NCBI GenBank assembly: GCA_963762995.1
Contig: CAVXMQ010000018.1
Location: forward strand, 418,481 to 482,480
DNA from: an uncultured Acidobacteriota bacterium
GTDB taxonomy: Bacteria; Acidobacteriota; Vicinamibacteria; Vicinamibacterales; 2-12-FULL-66-21
Length of the DNA: 64,000 nucleotides
Direction of reading: 5' to 3'
How positions within the stretch are numbered: the stretch's first letter is position 1; each line of letters begins with the position of its first letter. Shown piece by piece: positions 1 through 9,313 of this stretch. A program made the translations under genes and the position numbers. Below the pieces are notes generated by a model. The model was not told the DNA's origin, searched no databases, and was given only the letters and a program-made list of their open reading frames with translations.

Positions 1-784
1 TCGATTCCGGATCGCCGAGTGGTTTGGGTGCATCAGCGGGCCGCGCGCGCTTGTAGACACGAATCGGGCCGATGACGCCGGCCTGGAAGACGCGCACCAG
101 CTTCAGTCGAATCATCTCGAGCACGGCGAGGAAGGTGACGATCATCCCCGCCCGCGACTGCACGTCGGAAAACAGGTCTTCGAAGCCGAGTGCCTCGGTC
201 TCCGACAGGCGCGCCAGCAACTGCTCCATGCGTTCCTCGATGGGGATCTGCTCGCTCGGCAGGTACATCTTGGGCCGCAGTTTGGAGCGCTCGACGACGT
301 TGCGGAAGGCGCTGATCAGGCTGAACAGATCGACCTCGACCTCCGGCTCCGGCGCCTCGCCGGCGATCTCGGCAATCGGTCCGTCGGGACGCGTCCACTG
401 CGCGCTGCGAAGCGTCTCGCGCTCGTGGAGCAGTTCCGCGGCGGCCTTGAACTTCTGATGTTCCAGCAGGCGCCGCACGAGCGCTTCGCGTGGATCTTCT
501 TCAGGATCGTCCTGCGTGGGGTCTGGCCGCGGCAGCAGCAATCGCGACTTGATGTGGATGAGCGTCGCGGCCATGACCAGGAACTCTCCCGCCACGTCGA
601 GGTTCATCTCCTGCATCAGGTCGATGTATTCGAGGTACTGCTTGGTGATCAGCGTGATCGGAATGTCGTAGATGCTGACTTCGTTGCGCTTGATCAGGTG
701 CAGCAGGAGGTCGAGCGGCCCCTCGAAATTATCGAGCCGCACCGGGTAGGCCTCGAGAATGGATTCGAATTCCTGGTTTTCCAT
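1..784 (-). CDS. scpA: Segregation and condensation protein A (ScpA kleisin); 3' end cut by window edge
   Basis: Own translation of the minus strand from ATG 784-782: MENQEFESILEAYPVRLDNFEGPLDLLLHLIKRNEVSIYDIPITLITKQYLEYIDLMQEM... (ScpA N-terminal signature). The frame is open to nt 1, so it is absent from the ORF track. The ATG shares one base with the trpS stop (TAATG). Confidence 0.85.
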   Translation of the reverse strand, partial: MENQEFESILEAYPVRLDNFEGPLDLLLHLIKRNEVSIYDIPITLITKQYLEYIDLMQEMNLDVAGEFLVMAATLIHIKSRLLLPRPDPTQDDPEEDPREALVRRLLEHQKFKAAAELLHERETLRSAQWTRPDGPIAEIAGEAPEPEVEVDLFSLISAFRNVVERSKLRPKMYLPSEQIPIEERMEQLLARLSETEALGFEDLFSDVQSRAGMIVTFLAVLEMIRLKLVRVFQAGVIGPIRVYKRARPADAPKPLGDPES

Positions 785-1773
785 TACGAGTACTTCAGTT
801 TCACCGCAGCGCGGACGCGCTCCATCGTTTCCTGTGCGACGCCGCGGGCCTTGCGCGAACCCTCGTGGAGGATCTCGCGCAGGCGGTCCGGCTTCGAGAG
901 CAGCTCGGTGCGGCGCTCGCGAATGGGCTTCATGTGCTCGTTCAGCGCCGCCGCCAGCTTCTTCTTGACCTCGACGTCCCCGACCTTCCCTTCGCGGTAG
1001 CGGGCTTTCAGGTCCTCCACTTCGGCGACGTTCGGGTTGAAGGCGTCGTGATAGACGAACACCGGATTTCCCTCGACCGTGCCCGGGATGTCGGCACGTA
1101 CCCGCTTGGGATCGGTGTACATCTGCATCACCTTCTTCCTCACCGTCTCTTCATCATCGGCGAGCTCGATGGCGTTGTTATAGCTCTTGGACATTTTGCG
1201 GTTGTCGAGCCCCGGCAGCCGCGGAAATTTCGTCAGGAGCGGCTTCGGCTCGACAAACAGCTCGCCATAGAAGTTGTGGAACCGCCGGACGATCTCGCGA
1301 CTCAGCTCGAGATGGGCCACTTGATCCTCGCCGACCGGCACGTAGTGCGCGTTGTACATGATGATGTCGGCCGTCTGGAGCAGAGGGTATCCGAGGAACC
1401 CGAGCGTCGAGAGGTCCTTCTCGGCGAGCTGCTCCTGTTGTTCTTTGTAGGTCGGCACGCGCTCCAGCCAGGGGATCGGGATCACCATCGACAGCAGGAG
1501 GAAGAGCTCGGCGTGCTCGGGCACCATCGACTGCACGAAGAACGTGCTCTTCTCCGGATCGAGCCCGCCGGCGATCCAGTCGGCGACCATGTCGTAACTG
1601 CTGGCCACGACTTCGGACGTGTCCGCATATCCGCTCGTCAACGCGTGCCAATCGGCGACGAAATAGAAGCAGTCGTACTGCTGCTGCAGGTCTGCCCAGT
1701 TGTTGAGGGCGCCGACCAGATGTCCGAGGTGGAGTTTGCCTGTCGGGCGCATCCCCGACACCACGCGTTTCAC
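784..1773 (-). CDS. trpS: Tryptophan--tRNA ligase
   Basis: Last 329 codons of ORF 784..2385: class I HIGH-type motif GKLHLGH, KMSKS present, ADWHALT and YPLLQTADI blocks. GTG 1773 overlaps the stop of the upstream M50 gene (alternative ATG 1752). Confidence 0.9.
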   Translation of the reverse strand: MKRVVSGMRPTGKLHLGHLVGALNNWADLQQQYDCFYFVADWHALTSGYADTSEVVASSYDMVADWIAGGLDPEKSTFFVQSMVPEHAELFLLLSMVIPIPWLERVPTYKEQQEQLAEKDLSTLGFLGYPLLQTADIIMYNAHYVPVGEDQVAHLELSREIVRRFHNFYGELFVEPKPLLTKFPRLPGLDNRKMSKSYNNAIELADDEETVRKKVMQMYTDPKRVRADIPGTVEGNPVFVYHDAFNPNVAEVEDLKARYREGKVGDVEVKKKLAAALNEHMKPIRERRTELLSKPDRLREILHEGSRKARGVAQETMERVRAAVKLKYS

Positions 1774-2385
1774 AGCAAGAGCCTTTCGATCGCGTTTGCG
1801 ACGGGCATGACGACGGTATTGAGAACCCCCGACAGGATCAGCATCAGGAGGATGATGAAACCGAACTGGCGCAACCCCTGGATGACAGGGGCGAACCGGT
1901 CTGGCAGCAGCCCGGCGAGCACGTTCCCGCCGTCGAGCGGCGGCACGGGCAACATGTTGAACACCGCCAAGCAGCACGTTGATGGAAAGGGCGAGGTACA
2001 CCGCCCGTCCTGCCGTCGTCCCGAGCGCCGCATAGCCGCCCATGACGTTCAGCACCCCGGCGGCGGCAATCGCCATCACGATGTTGCTGGCCGGCCCTGC
2101 GGCGGCGACGATCATGAAATCGCGCTTCGGCTGCCCGAGGCGGCTGACGTTCACGGGAACCGGTTTCGCCCAGCCAAAGATCACCCCGGCAGTGAACAAC
2201 CCGACCAACGGCAACAACACCGTCCCGATCGGGTCGATGTGCACGATCGGGTTGAACGAAACCCGTCCGAGCAAACGGGCCGTCGGATCACCGAGGCGAT
2301 CCGCCGTCCAGGCGTGAGCCCATTCGTGAACTGTCAGGGAGGCCAGCACCACGCCAAAGCCCAGAAGTATGGAGGCGATATCCAA
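1770..2385 (-). pseudogene. Site-2 protease family (peptidase M50) membrane metalloprotease, one frame break (or assembly indel)
   Basis: The frame from 2385 has HEWAHAW (HExxH). The C-terminus continues in the frame of ORF 1770..2033 with FNMLPVPPLDGG. The 616-nt span is not a multiple of 3. One surplus base sits near 1964-1972 (coding strand CTGCTTGGCGGTG). Confidence 0.8.
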
Positions 2386-2545
2386 CGAATTGACTGCAGT
2401 TGTAGCGCAGCCCTCGAGGGCTGCCGCGAAGCTGCCGTGGGGCTGTCAGGAACGCAGAAGCGTACGGCAAAACCCTTGATGTTTCAAGGCTTACGTAATC
2501 GGCCGTCGTATACTGCCGCCGAAGGATCCCTCTTTTACATCAGAC

Positions 2546-5260
2546 ATGAGCATCCCTTCGGGTGCCCGCCTGGGCCCGTTTGAAGTCGTAGCCCTGCTCG
2601 GGGCCGGAGGAATGGGGGAGGTCTATCGGGCGCGCGACGTTCGCCTCGGCCGCGAGGTGGCGATCAAGGTGCTGCCCGAAGCACTCTCCGCAGATCGCGA
2701 GCGCCTCGCGCGGTTCGAGCAGGAGGCGCGGTCAGCGTCGGCACTCAACCACCCGCACATCGTCACGGTGTACGACGTCGGCCGATCGGGCACCGTGTCG
2801 TGGATTGCGATGGAGCTCGTGGAGGGAAAGACGCTGAGGGAGCTCCTGTCGGCGGGACCTCTTCCCACGAAGCGCGCTCTCTCGATCGCGGCGCAGGCCG
2901 CCGATGCGCTCGCGAAGGCGCACGCGGCCGGGATCGTCCATCGGGATCTGAAGCCGGAAAACGTCATGGTCTCGAAGGACGGGTTCGTCAAGATCCTCGA
3001 CTTCGGCCTGGCCAAGCTCGTGGCTCCCTCTTCCGACTCCGACTCGCTCGCGGCGACGGCGATGGGCGGCGCGACGCAGACGGGAGCGATCCTGGGAACG
3101 GCCGGATACATGTCGCCCGAACAGGCGGCGGGCGTTCCAGTTGACTACCGGTCGGACCAGTTCTCCTTTGGTTCGATCCTGTACGAAATGGCCGCCGGCC
3201 GCCGGCCGTTTCAGAAAACAACGACGGCGGAAACGCTCGCCGCGATCATTCGCGAGGAGCCCGAGTCGGTCTTGCGTGCCGCGCCGTCGGCCCCGCCTCC
3301 TTACCGATGGATCGTCGAGCGGTGCCTGGCGAAGCAGCCGGAGGACCGCTATTCCTCCACGCTCGACCTTGCTCGCGAACTGGCGACTGTCCGCGACCAC
3401 CTGCCGGAGGTCAGCCGAACAGAAGAAGTTGTCGCGGAAAGGCTCAGGACTGGACCTGGTCGAGGTCGTTACCTCTCTGCCCTGCTTGCGGTGGGACTCG
3501 TTGGTCTTGCGGTCGGTGCTGCGCTCGCATTCCTGTGGAAAGGGCGGACCGTGGCGGACGTGCCCGCGATCCGCTACCTGACACACTCGGGACGCGACGG
3601 CTCGCCCGCTGCGTCGCCGGATGGTCGCGCGGTCGCATTCAGCTCCGATCGCGACGGCGTGCGGCGCATCTGGTTGAAACAGCTCGACGAAGGCGACGAG
3701 GTCTCGCTGACGGCGGGCGTGGACGACTTTCCCCGCTTCTCTCCGGACGGCTCGGCGATCCTCTTTTCCAGAACCGAACAGGGACGGACGTCGCTCTTCC
3801 GAATCCCCTCAGTCGGTGGTGAGCCGCGAAGACTCGTCAACGACGTGCTCTCGGGCGACTGGTCTCCCGACGGTCGGCACGTTGCCTTCGTCCGCTGGCA
3901 AGTCAAGGATGGGGTGACGAGTAGCATCCTTGGACTCGCCGCGGCCGGGGACGGCGCCGGCGCCCGCGAGCTCGCGCGGGTAGACAACGTGACACTGATC
4001 CACCCGCGATGGTCGCCCGACAGCCGGAAGATCGCCCTATCGGAGACGCCCCTCCTGGGGGGCGGCAACCCGACAGCGGTGTATGTGGTAGACGCCGAGG
4101 GAGGTCAGGCACGCGTCGTGACGGCGCCAGGAGCGATCGGTCAGATTTCCTCCACCGTCTGGCTCGCCAACGACGAGCTCCTTTACTCGCGATCCGAATC
4201 GGTGGCGGGCGCTCTGACGGCCAGCGCCGCGCGCGTCCTCCAGCAGAGCCTCAGCTCCACGGCCACCCGGATGATCCTGTGGTCGCCTATCAACAGCGGG
4301 ACCCTCGACGTTATTGCGCCCGGACGGATGGTCTTCGACGGCGGCTCGCTACGAGAGAATCTCCAGCAGATCTCATCGACGGAGGGAGTGGCCGCTCCGG
4401 AGCACAGATGGCTGACCCGTGGCAACAGCACAGATCGTCAACCGGTGTACTCGCCGGATGGCGAATGGGTGGTCTTCTCGTCGGACCGCAGCATCAACCT
4501 CGATCTCTGGGCGGTTTCAACCAAATCCGGGGCGATTCGGCGCCTGACCCGGGATGCGGCTGATGACTGGGATCCAGGATTCCTTCCGGACGGGAGGATC
4601 GTGTGGAGTTCGAACCGCAGCGGACCGTTCGAGATCTGGATCGCCGAGGCTGACGGAAGCGGCGCGAGACAACTGACGAGAGATGGATTGAGCGCGCAGA
4701 ACCCGACCGCCACACCGGACGGCCAATGGGTCGTCTACGCCTCTGGCAATCCGGCCCACCGTGGCATCTGGAAGATTCGTCCGGACGGCTCGGGCGCGGT
4801 CAGACTCGTCACCGCAACACCGGTTATCCCCGAGGTCTCACCCGACGGTCAGTATGTCGCCTACCTGATCAACCGGAGGACGCCTCGCGCCACTGTGCGG
4901 GTGGCGACCGTCGCCGACGGCCGCGACGTCCCGTTCTCGATTGCGGTAGGTACCGAGGGACGCCGCGGGTCCCTGTTCACTACGGGACGAAGCCGATGGA
5001 CGCGAGACGGGAAGGCGATCGCCTACGTCGGTCAAAACGAAAGCGGTCACTATGGCATTTACGTCCAGGACTTCCTGCCGGGACGCGATACGACCGGCTC
5101 GCGGCGGCCGCTCGCGGGCTTCGACTCGGAGACAGCGACCGAATCGTTTGCGTTCTCTCCGGACGGGAAACGATTGACGACCGCGGGCTGGGAACAGCTC
5201 TCGAGCATCCTGATCGCCGAAGGCGTTGGCGGCGTCTCGCCGCCAAGCCGCAAGCGATGA
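2546..5260 (+). CDS. Ser/Thr protein kinase with TM segment and C-terminal PD40/TolB-like beta-propeller repeats
   Basis: 904-aa ORF. Hanks motifs GAGGMGEVY, VAIK, HRDLKPEN, DFG, GYMSPEQ. Hydrophobic segment LSALLAVGLVGLAVGAALAFLW, then at least 8 SPDG/TPDG..(A/V)F.S.R repeats. Confidence 0.9.
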   Translation: MSIPSGARLGPFEVVALLGAGGMGEVYRARDVRLGREVAIKVLPEALSADRERLARFEQEARSASALNHPHIVTVYDVGRSGTVSWIAMELVEGKTLRELLSAGPLPTKRALSIAAQAADALAKAHAAGIVHRDLKPENVMVSKDGFVKILDFGLAKLVAPSSDSDSLAATAMGGATQTGAILGTAGYMSPEQAAGVPVDYRSDQFSFGSILYEMAAGRRPFQKTTTAETLAAIIREEPESVLRAAPSAPPPYRWIVERCLAKQPEDRYSSTLDLARELATVRDHLPEVSRTEEVVAERLRTGPGRGRYLSALLAVGLVGLAVGAALAFLWKGRTVADVPAIRYLTHSGRDGSPAASPDGRAVAFSSDRDGVRRIWLKQLDEGDEVSLTAGVDDFPRFSPDGSAILFSRTEQGRTSLFRIPSVGGEPRRLVNDVLSGDWSPDGRHVAFVRWQVKDGVTSSILGLAAAGDGAGARELARVDNVTLIHPRWSPDSRKIALSETPLLGGGNPTAVYVVDAEGGQARVVTAPGAIGQISSTVWLANDELLYSRSESVAGALTASAARVLQQSLSSTATRMILWSPINSGTLDVIAPGRMVFDGGSLRENLQQISSTEGVAAPEHRWLTRGNSTDRQPVYSPDGEWVVFSSDRSINLDLWAVSTKSGAIRRLTRDAADDWDPGFLPDGRIVWSSNRSGPFEIWIAEADGSGARQLTRDGLSAQNPTATPDGQWVVYASGNPAHRGIWKIRPDGSGAVRLVTATPVIPEVSPDGQYVAYLINRRTPRATVRVATVADGRDVPFSIAVGTEGRRGSLFTTGRSRWTRDGKAIAYVGQNESGHYGIYVQDFLPGRDTTGSRRPLAGFDSETATESFAFSPDGKRLTTAGWEQLSSILIAEGVGGVSPPSRKR

Positions 5261-5263
5261 GTG

Positions 5264-7195
5264 CTACCGCGGCGATCCGGCGAAGTAGCCGAGCACGGCG
5301 TCGGCGCATTTGACGCCGACCACGCGCACGAGGTCTTCGCGCGTGGCGCGGCGGACGCCGGCGACGCTGCCGAAGGCGGTCAGCAGCGCCTTGCGGCGCC
5401 GCGGACCGACGCCGGGGATGGTGTCTATTTCCGAGCGGAGATCGCGCTTCGCGCGGGAGGCGCGGTGGAACGTGACCGCGAACCGGTGCGCCTCGTCGCG
5501 GATTCGCTGGATCAGCAACAGCGCCGGGCTGTCCTTCGGCAGCGCAATCCCGTCCACGTGCTCGCGCGTGAACAGCAGTTCCTCTTTCTTGGCGATGCCA
5601 ACCGCCAGGAGGTTCGCGAGCCCCAGCTCCTCGAGCGCCGCGTACGCCGCGCCGAGCTGCCCCTTGCCGCCATCGATGAGGATCAGATCGGGAAATGGCC
5701 CGCCGTGTTCCAGCAGCTTGCGATAGCGCCGCAAGACGACTTCGTACATCGATTTGAAATCATCCAGAATCCGAGGTTCGGGATCCGCGCCGAACCCCGA
5801 ATCCCGAGTCCCGAGCCCCGACTTGTCCGCCGTAGCGTTCGCGAAGGCGGAACCCCGGATCTTGAACTTGCGATAGTCGGATTTCTTCATCCGGCCGTTC
5901 TCACACACGACCATCGACGCGACCGTCTCGCTCCCCTGGATCGTGGAAATGTCGAAGCACTCGATGCGCCGCGGCAAGGCCGGCAAACCCAGGACGGCGC
6001 GGAGGGTCTCCAGCGCGTCGAAGTTCGCCGCGACGTTCTCGTTGAAGCGCGCCTGGTAGGCGACCGCCGCGTTGCGCGCCGCCAGCTCCAGCAGTCCGCG
6101 TTTCTCGCCGCGCTTAGGCACGACGATCTTCACTCGCCGTTCAGCCGCGGCGCTTAACCAGCCGTCCAGCATCTCGGTGTCGGTCTCCGAAAACGCCACC
6201 GGTATGTGGACCTCCGGAGGCGCGACACGGTCGACATAGAACTGCTGCAATGCGGCCTGGAGGATGTCGGCTTCTGACACGACCGGCTGCAACCGGCCGC
6301 CGCTGGCGCTCTCGGGGAGCGCGACATCGGTGTTTTCCGTCGTCAGCTCCACGCGTTCGACGACGCGGCCGCCGCGCACCTGGAAGACCTGCACGACCGC
6401 GCCGGGCGGGCCGGCTTTGATCCCGAACGCGTCGCGGTCGCCGAGCTCCACGGTTGACATCTTCTGCTGCCGGGTCTGCAGCGTCTCCACCGTGCGGATC
6501 GCATCGCGTAGCTGCGCCGCCTGCTCGAACCGTTCCTCGTTGGACGCCCGCGCCATGCGTTCTTTTAGCGTCGTCAACAGCTCCTGGTTCCGCCCTTCGA
6601 GGAAGAGCCGTGTGTGTTCCACCGCCACGCGATACTCGTCGTGGCTGCAGATCTCGCGCACGCACGGCGCCACGCAGCGGTGAATGTCGAACTCAAGGCA
6701 CGGCCGCTGCCGGTCCCCCGTGATCGCCTCGTTGCACGACCGGATGCCGAAGAGCTTGTGCGTGAGCGACATCGTCTTCCGCGCAAACGAGGCGGGTAGG
6801 AACGGGCCGGCGTAAAAATGGTCGTCGCGTTCGACCTGCCGGGCCACCAGCACCCGCGGAAAGTCCTCCCCCACGGTCAACTGCAGGTACGGGTAGTTCT
6901 TGTCGTCGCGCAACAGGATGTTGTAGCGGGGGAACCGCTGCTTGATCAGGTGGTTTTCGAGCGCCAGCGCCTCCACGACCGAGTCGGTGACGATCACTTC
7001 GAGCCGCTGCGCCTCGTCGAGGAGGGCGTCGATACGGGGGCTGACGCCCTGGGCGCCCAGGTAGGACCGGACGCGGTCCCGCAGCACCTTGGCCTTGCCG
7101 ACGTACAGCGTTTCCCCGGCCCCGTTGTAATACAGGTAGACGCCGGGCTGCTCCGGCAAACGGGCGATCTGGGCCTTGAGGTCACGAATCGGCAT
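5264..7195 (-). CDS. uvrC: Excinuclease ABC subunit C
   Basis: 643-aa ORF. GIY-YIG start (PGVYLYYNGAGETLYVGKA), UVR-type helix region, endonuclease domain (DLILIDGGKGQL), C-terminal HhH (IPGVGPRRRKALL). Confidence 0.93.
   Translation of the reverse strand: MPIRDLKAQIARLPEQPGVYLYYNGAGETLYVGKAKVLRDRVRSYLGAQGVSPRIDALLDEAQRLEVIVTDSVVEALALENHLIKQRFPRYNILLRDDKNYPYLQLTVGEDFPRVLVARQVERDDHFYAGPFLPASFARKTMSLTHKLFGIRSCNEAITGDRQRPCLEFDIHRCVAPCVREICSHDEYRVAVEHTRLFLEGRNQELLTTLKERMARASNEERFEQAAQLRDAIRTVETLQTRQQKMSTVELGDRDAFGIKAGPPGAVVQVFQVRGGRVVERVELTTENTDVALPESASGGRLQPVVSEADILQAALQQFYVDRVAPPEVHIPVAFSETDTEMLDGWLSAAAERRVKIVVPKRGEKRGLLELAARNAAVAYQARFNENVAANFDALETLRAVLGLPALPRRIECFDISTIQGSETVASMVVCENGRMKKSDYRKFKIRGSAFANATADKSGLGTRDSGFGADPEPRILDDFKSMYEVVLRRYRKLLEHGGPFPDLILIDGGKGQLGAAYAALEELGLANLLAVGIAKKEELLFTREHVDGIALPKDSPALLLIQRIRDEAHRFAVTFHRASRAKRDLRSEIDTIPGVGPRRRKALLTAFGSVAGVRRATREDLVRVVGVKCADAVLGYFAGSPR
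5765..5854. repeat. Heptamer-word palindromic segment lying in frame inside uvrC (encodes GSAFANATADKSGLGTRDSGFGADPEPRIL)
   Basis: The coding strand reads GGGGCTC GGGACTC GGGATTC GGGGTTC GG, then CGCGGATCCCGAACCTCGGATTC, which can pair back (GGTTCGG/CCGAACC). The same NCCCGAG words occur at 18833-18853. It sits between the conserved YRKFKIR and DDFKSMYEVV blocks, which are much closer together in UvrC proteins I know. Confidence 0.55.
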
Positions 7196-7269
7196 GCGTT
7201 ACACTGCGAATTCTTGCGTGTTTTGAACCTTTCATTATACGGGCCCGACCGGGGATTCCGGCCTCATCC

Positions 7270-7872
7270 ATGACCTTTACCGGCCTCATCGGCCACATCT
7301 GCATGTTCCCGCTGCGCGTGATCATCAACGCGTGCATCGCCCTGCGGATCAGCCCCAACGTCCTGACGTTCGTCGGCCTCCTGATCAACGTCGCCGCCGC
7401 CTGGCAGTTGGCCTACGGCCGGTTCGTGACGGCCGGCTTCATCATGATCGTCGCCAACATCTTCGACTTCATCGACGGCAAAGTGGCGCGCGAAACCCAC
7501 GCCGAGACGAAGTTCGGTGGCTTCTGGGACTCGGTGATCGACCGATTCTCCGACATCGCGCTCTTTATCGGGCTGATCTATCTGTACTCGTCGCTGCGGC
7601 GCACCGATTACGTGATGATTACCGCGCTGGCGATGATGTTCGCGATCATGACCAGCTACACGCGCGCGCGGGCCGAGTCGCTGATCGCCAAGTGCAAGGT
7701 GGGGTTCATGGAGCGGCCCGAGCGGATCGTGCTCTTCATGATCGGCGCCTTCACCAACCGCATGGCCGCCGTGATGTGGGTGATCGGCGTGCTGTCGGTC
7801 TTCAGCGTCGCGGACCGGATCATCTATACCTATCGTGAATTGAAAGACGCGCGGCCGGAGCCGGCGGGATGA
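7270..7872 (+). CDS. CDP-alcohol phosphatidyltransferase family protein
   Basis: 200-aa multi-TM ORF with the family motif D-x2-DG-x2-AR-x8-G-x3-D-x3-D (DFIDGKVARETHAETKFGGFWDSVIDRFSD). Confidence 0.85.
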   Translation: MTFTGLIGHICMFPLRVIINACIALRISPNVLTFVGLLINVAAAWQLAYGRFVTAGFIMIVANIFDFIDGKVARETHAETKFGGFWDSVIDRFSDIALFIGLIYLYSSLRRTDYVMITALAMMFAIMTSYTRARAESLIAKCKVGFMERPERIVLFMIGAFTNRMAAVMWVIGVLSVFSVADRIIYTYRELKDARPEPAG

Positions 7873-8069
7873 AGGAAGCCGTCTCGCTCCCCGCCCGGAT
7901 TCTGTGGAACGCGTTCTTCTGGACCTACGAACGCGCGACCTGGCAGTACGACGTTATGGTGGTCGCCATCCTCGCGTTCGTCTGGCTCACGCCACCCGAC
8001 TGGCTGAAGGATCCGATGGCGACGGGCGAGGGACCCATTGGGTGGATCCTGGCAATGCTGAATGCTTAA
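7869..8069 (+). CDS. Small hydrophobic protein, unknown function
   Basis: 66-aa ORF whose ATG overlaps the upstream stop (ATGA). One hydrophobic segment (VMVVAILAFVWL). The last 6 codons and the TAA lie in the left arm of the 8051-8145 hairpin. Confidence 0.4.
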   Translation: MKEAVSLPARILWNAFFWTYERATWQYDVMVVAILAFVWLTPPDWLKDPMATGEGPIGWILAMLNA

Positions 8070-8145
8070 TGCTGAATGCTGAATTGAAGGGGAAATGAGG
8101 CAATTGAACCCATTCAGCATTCAGCATTCGACATTCAGCATTGCC
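8051..8145. repeat. Long hairpin built from AATGCTG heptamer words (34-nt arms, 27-nt loop); candidate bidirectional terminator
   Basis: Left arm ggcaatgctgaatgcttaatgctgaatgctgaat (8051-8084). The reverse complement of the right arm (8112-8145) is ggcaatgctgaatgtcgaatgctgaatgctgaat: 31/34 match. It lies between convergent stops at 8069 and 8150. Confidence 0.75.
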
Positions 8146-8149
8146 ACTG

Positions 8150-8704
8150 TCAAGCAAGGTCGCGCTCGTCGTGGTCTCCGAGATCGAGTGATTTGTCGGT
8201 GAAGTGGATGTCGTGGGCGGCGATCTTGTCTCGCAGCACGCGGCGGGCCTCGCCGTAATAGCGCTTCGGGACGGTCAGGAGGCGGCCGAAATCCCTGAAC
8301 CGGTCGAGCAGCACCAGCGTCAGGTGGTGCTCCCCTTCCCGCCAGCTGATCCCGCCGATGTTCGCGTAGGGCACGAAGCCGCCATCTGCCCAGATCCCAT
8401 CCTCGTAGAAGCCGCGACCGATCTTCAGGCTCGCAGGAACCAGATATCCGAAGTACAGGAGCATCATGCATTCCGGGAACACCGCCTCGGGGTGCCAGCG
8501 CAACACCGCGAGCTTGTAGGCGATCAATACGCTGAGGATCGCGCCGAGCCCGAGCAGCAACAGGTAATGCGGCGGCTTGCGCCCCGGCCAGGTCAGCACC
8601 GCGGATGAGCGCAGGCGGAAAAAACGGATGAACTGGAAAAGCAGACGGAGGTTGGCGATCAGGAAGCCGACGCCGAAGACAAAAAGGATCCGGGAAAGAT
8701 CCAT
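8150..8704 (-). CDS. Hypothetical membrane protein
   Basis: 184-aa ORF, two to three N-terminal TM segments, then a soluble domain. Codon usage is consistent with neighbours. No family recognised. Confidence 0.55.
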   Translation of the reverse strand: MDLSRILFVFGVGFLIANLRLLFQFIRFFRLRSSAVLTWPGRKPPHYLLLLGLGAILSVLIAYKLAVLRWHPEAVFPECMMLLYFGYLVPASLKIGRGFYEDGIWADGGFVPYANIGGISWREGEHHLTLVLLDRFRDFGRLLTVPKRYYGEARRVLRDKIAAHDIHFTDKSLDLGDHDERDLA

Positions 8705-8740
8705 GGCGACTTAGACACCGGATCCTACACGGAAGTTTCG

Positions 8741-9313
8741 TTATTGGCCGAGCCGTGGGTCAAAACAATGCCGGCAACGGGCCTCGTATGTGCCTTGAGC
8801 GCCCACGAGCACGCGCTCGCTGCTGGCGACGAGCCGCTGGGTATGGTTGGCGGGCGAGCCGCACACCATGCAGATGGCGAGCGTCTTGGTGATGTATTCA
8901 GCGATCGCGAGGAGTTGCGGCATCGGCTCGAACGGCTTGCCGAGGTAATCCTGGTCGAGGCCGGCGACGATGACCCGTTTGCCCTGGTCGGCAAGGGTGG
9001 TGCAGACCGCCGGGAGTTCCTGGTCGAAGAACTGCCCTTCGTCGATCCCGACCACCTCGGTTTCCTCGAGGACCTTCTCGAGGAGCTCGCGCGAAGTCAC
9101 CAGGTTCTCCGACGCGATCCTCTGCTCGCTGTGCGAAATGATGTGGTCCTCGCCGTAGCGGTTGTCGATCCGTGGCTTGAAAATCTGGACCTTCCGCTTC
9201 GCGATCTGGGCACGCCGCAGCCGCCGGATCAGCTCCTCGCTCTTGCCGCTGAACATGCTCCCGGTGATCACCTCGATCCACCCCGCGTTGGGACGAGCCT
9301 GGGTGATGTCCAT
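8741..9313 (-). CDS. tdk: Thymidine kinase
   Basis: 190-aa ORF. P-loop [20 protein letters not shown] block, C-terminal zinc-ribbon cysteines CMVCG...CRHC. Confidence 0.9.
   Translation of the reverse strand: MDITQARPNAGWIEVITGSMFSGKSEELIRRLRRAQIAKRKVQIFKPRIDNRYGEDHIISHSEQRIASENLVTSRELLEKVLEETEVVGIDEGQFFDQELPAVCTTLADQGKRVIVAGLDQDYLGKPFEPMPQLLAIAEYITKTLAICMVCGSPANHTQRLVASSERVLVGAQGTYEARCRHCFDPRLGQ

Noticed and set aside
784-2385. 533-aa track ORF that looks like one protein
   Set aside because: It is an M50 protease N-terminus read through, out of frame, into trpS. The true M50 C-terminus (FNMLPVPPLDGG) is in the frame of ORF 1770..2033, and trpS has its own start at 1773/1752.
865-2583. Long antisense ORFs (this one; also 21921..23369, 25768..27042, 27211..28815, 29873..30919, 43076..43891, 56643..58238, 56839..58467 and 62056..63720)
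   Set aside because: They are shadow ORFs opposite strongly supported genes. They have Arg/Gly/Pro/Asp-rich composition, no recognisable motifs, and are expected by chance in GC-rich DNA that lacks stop codons.
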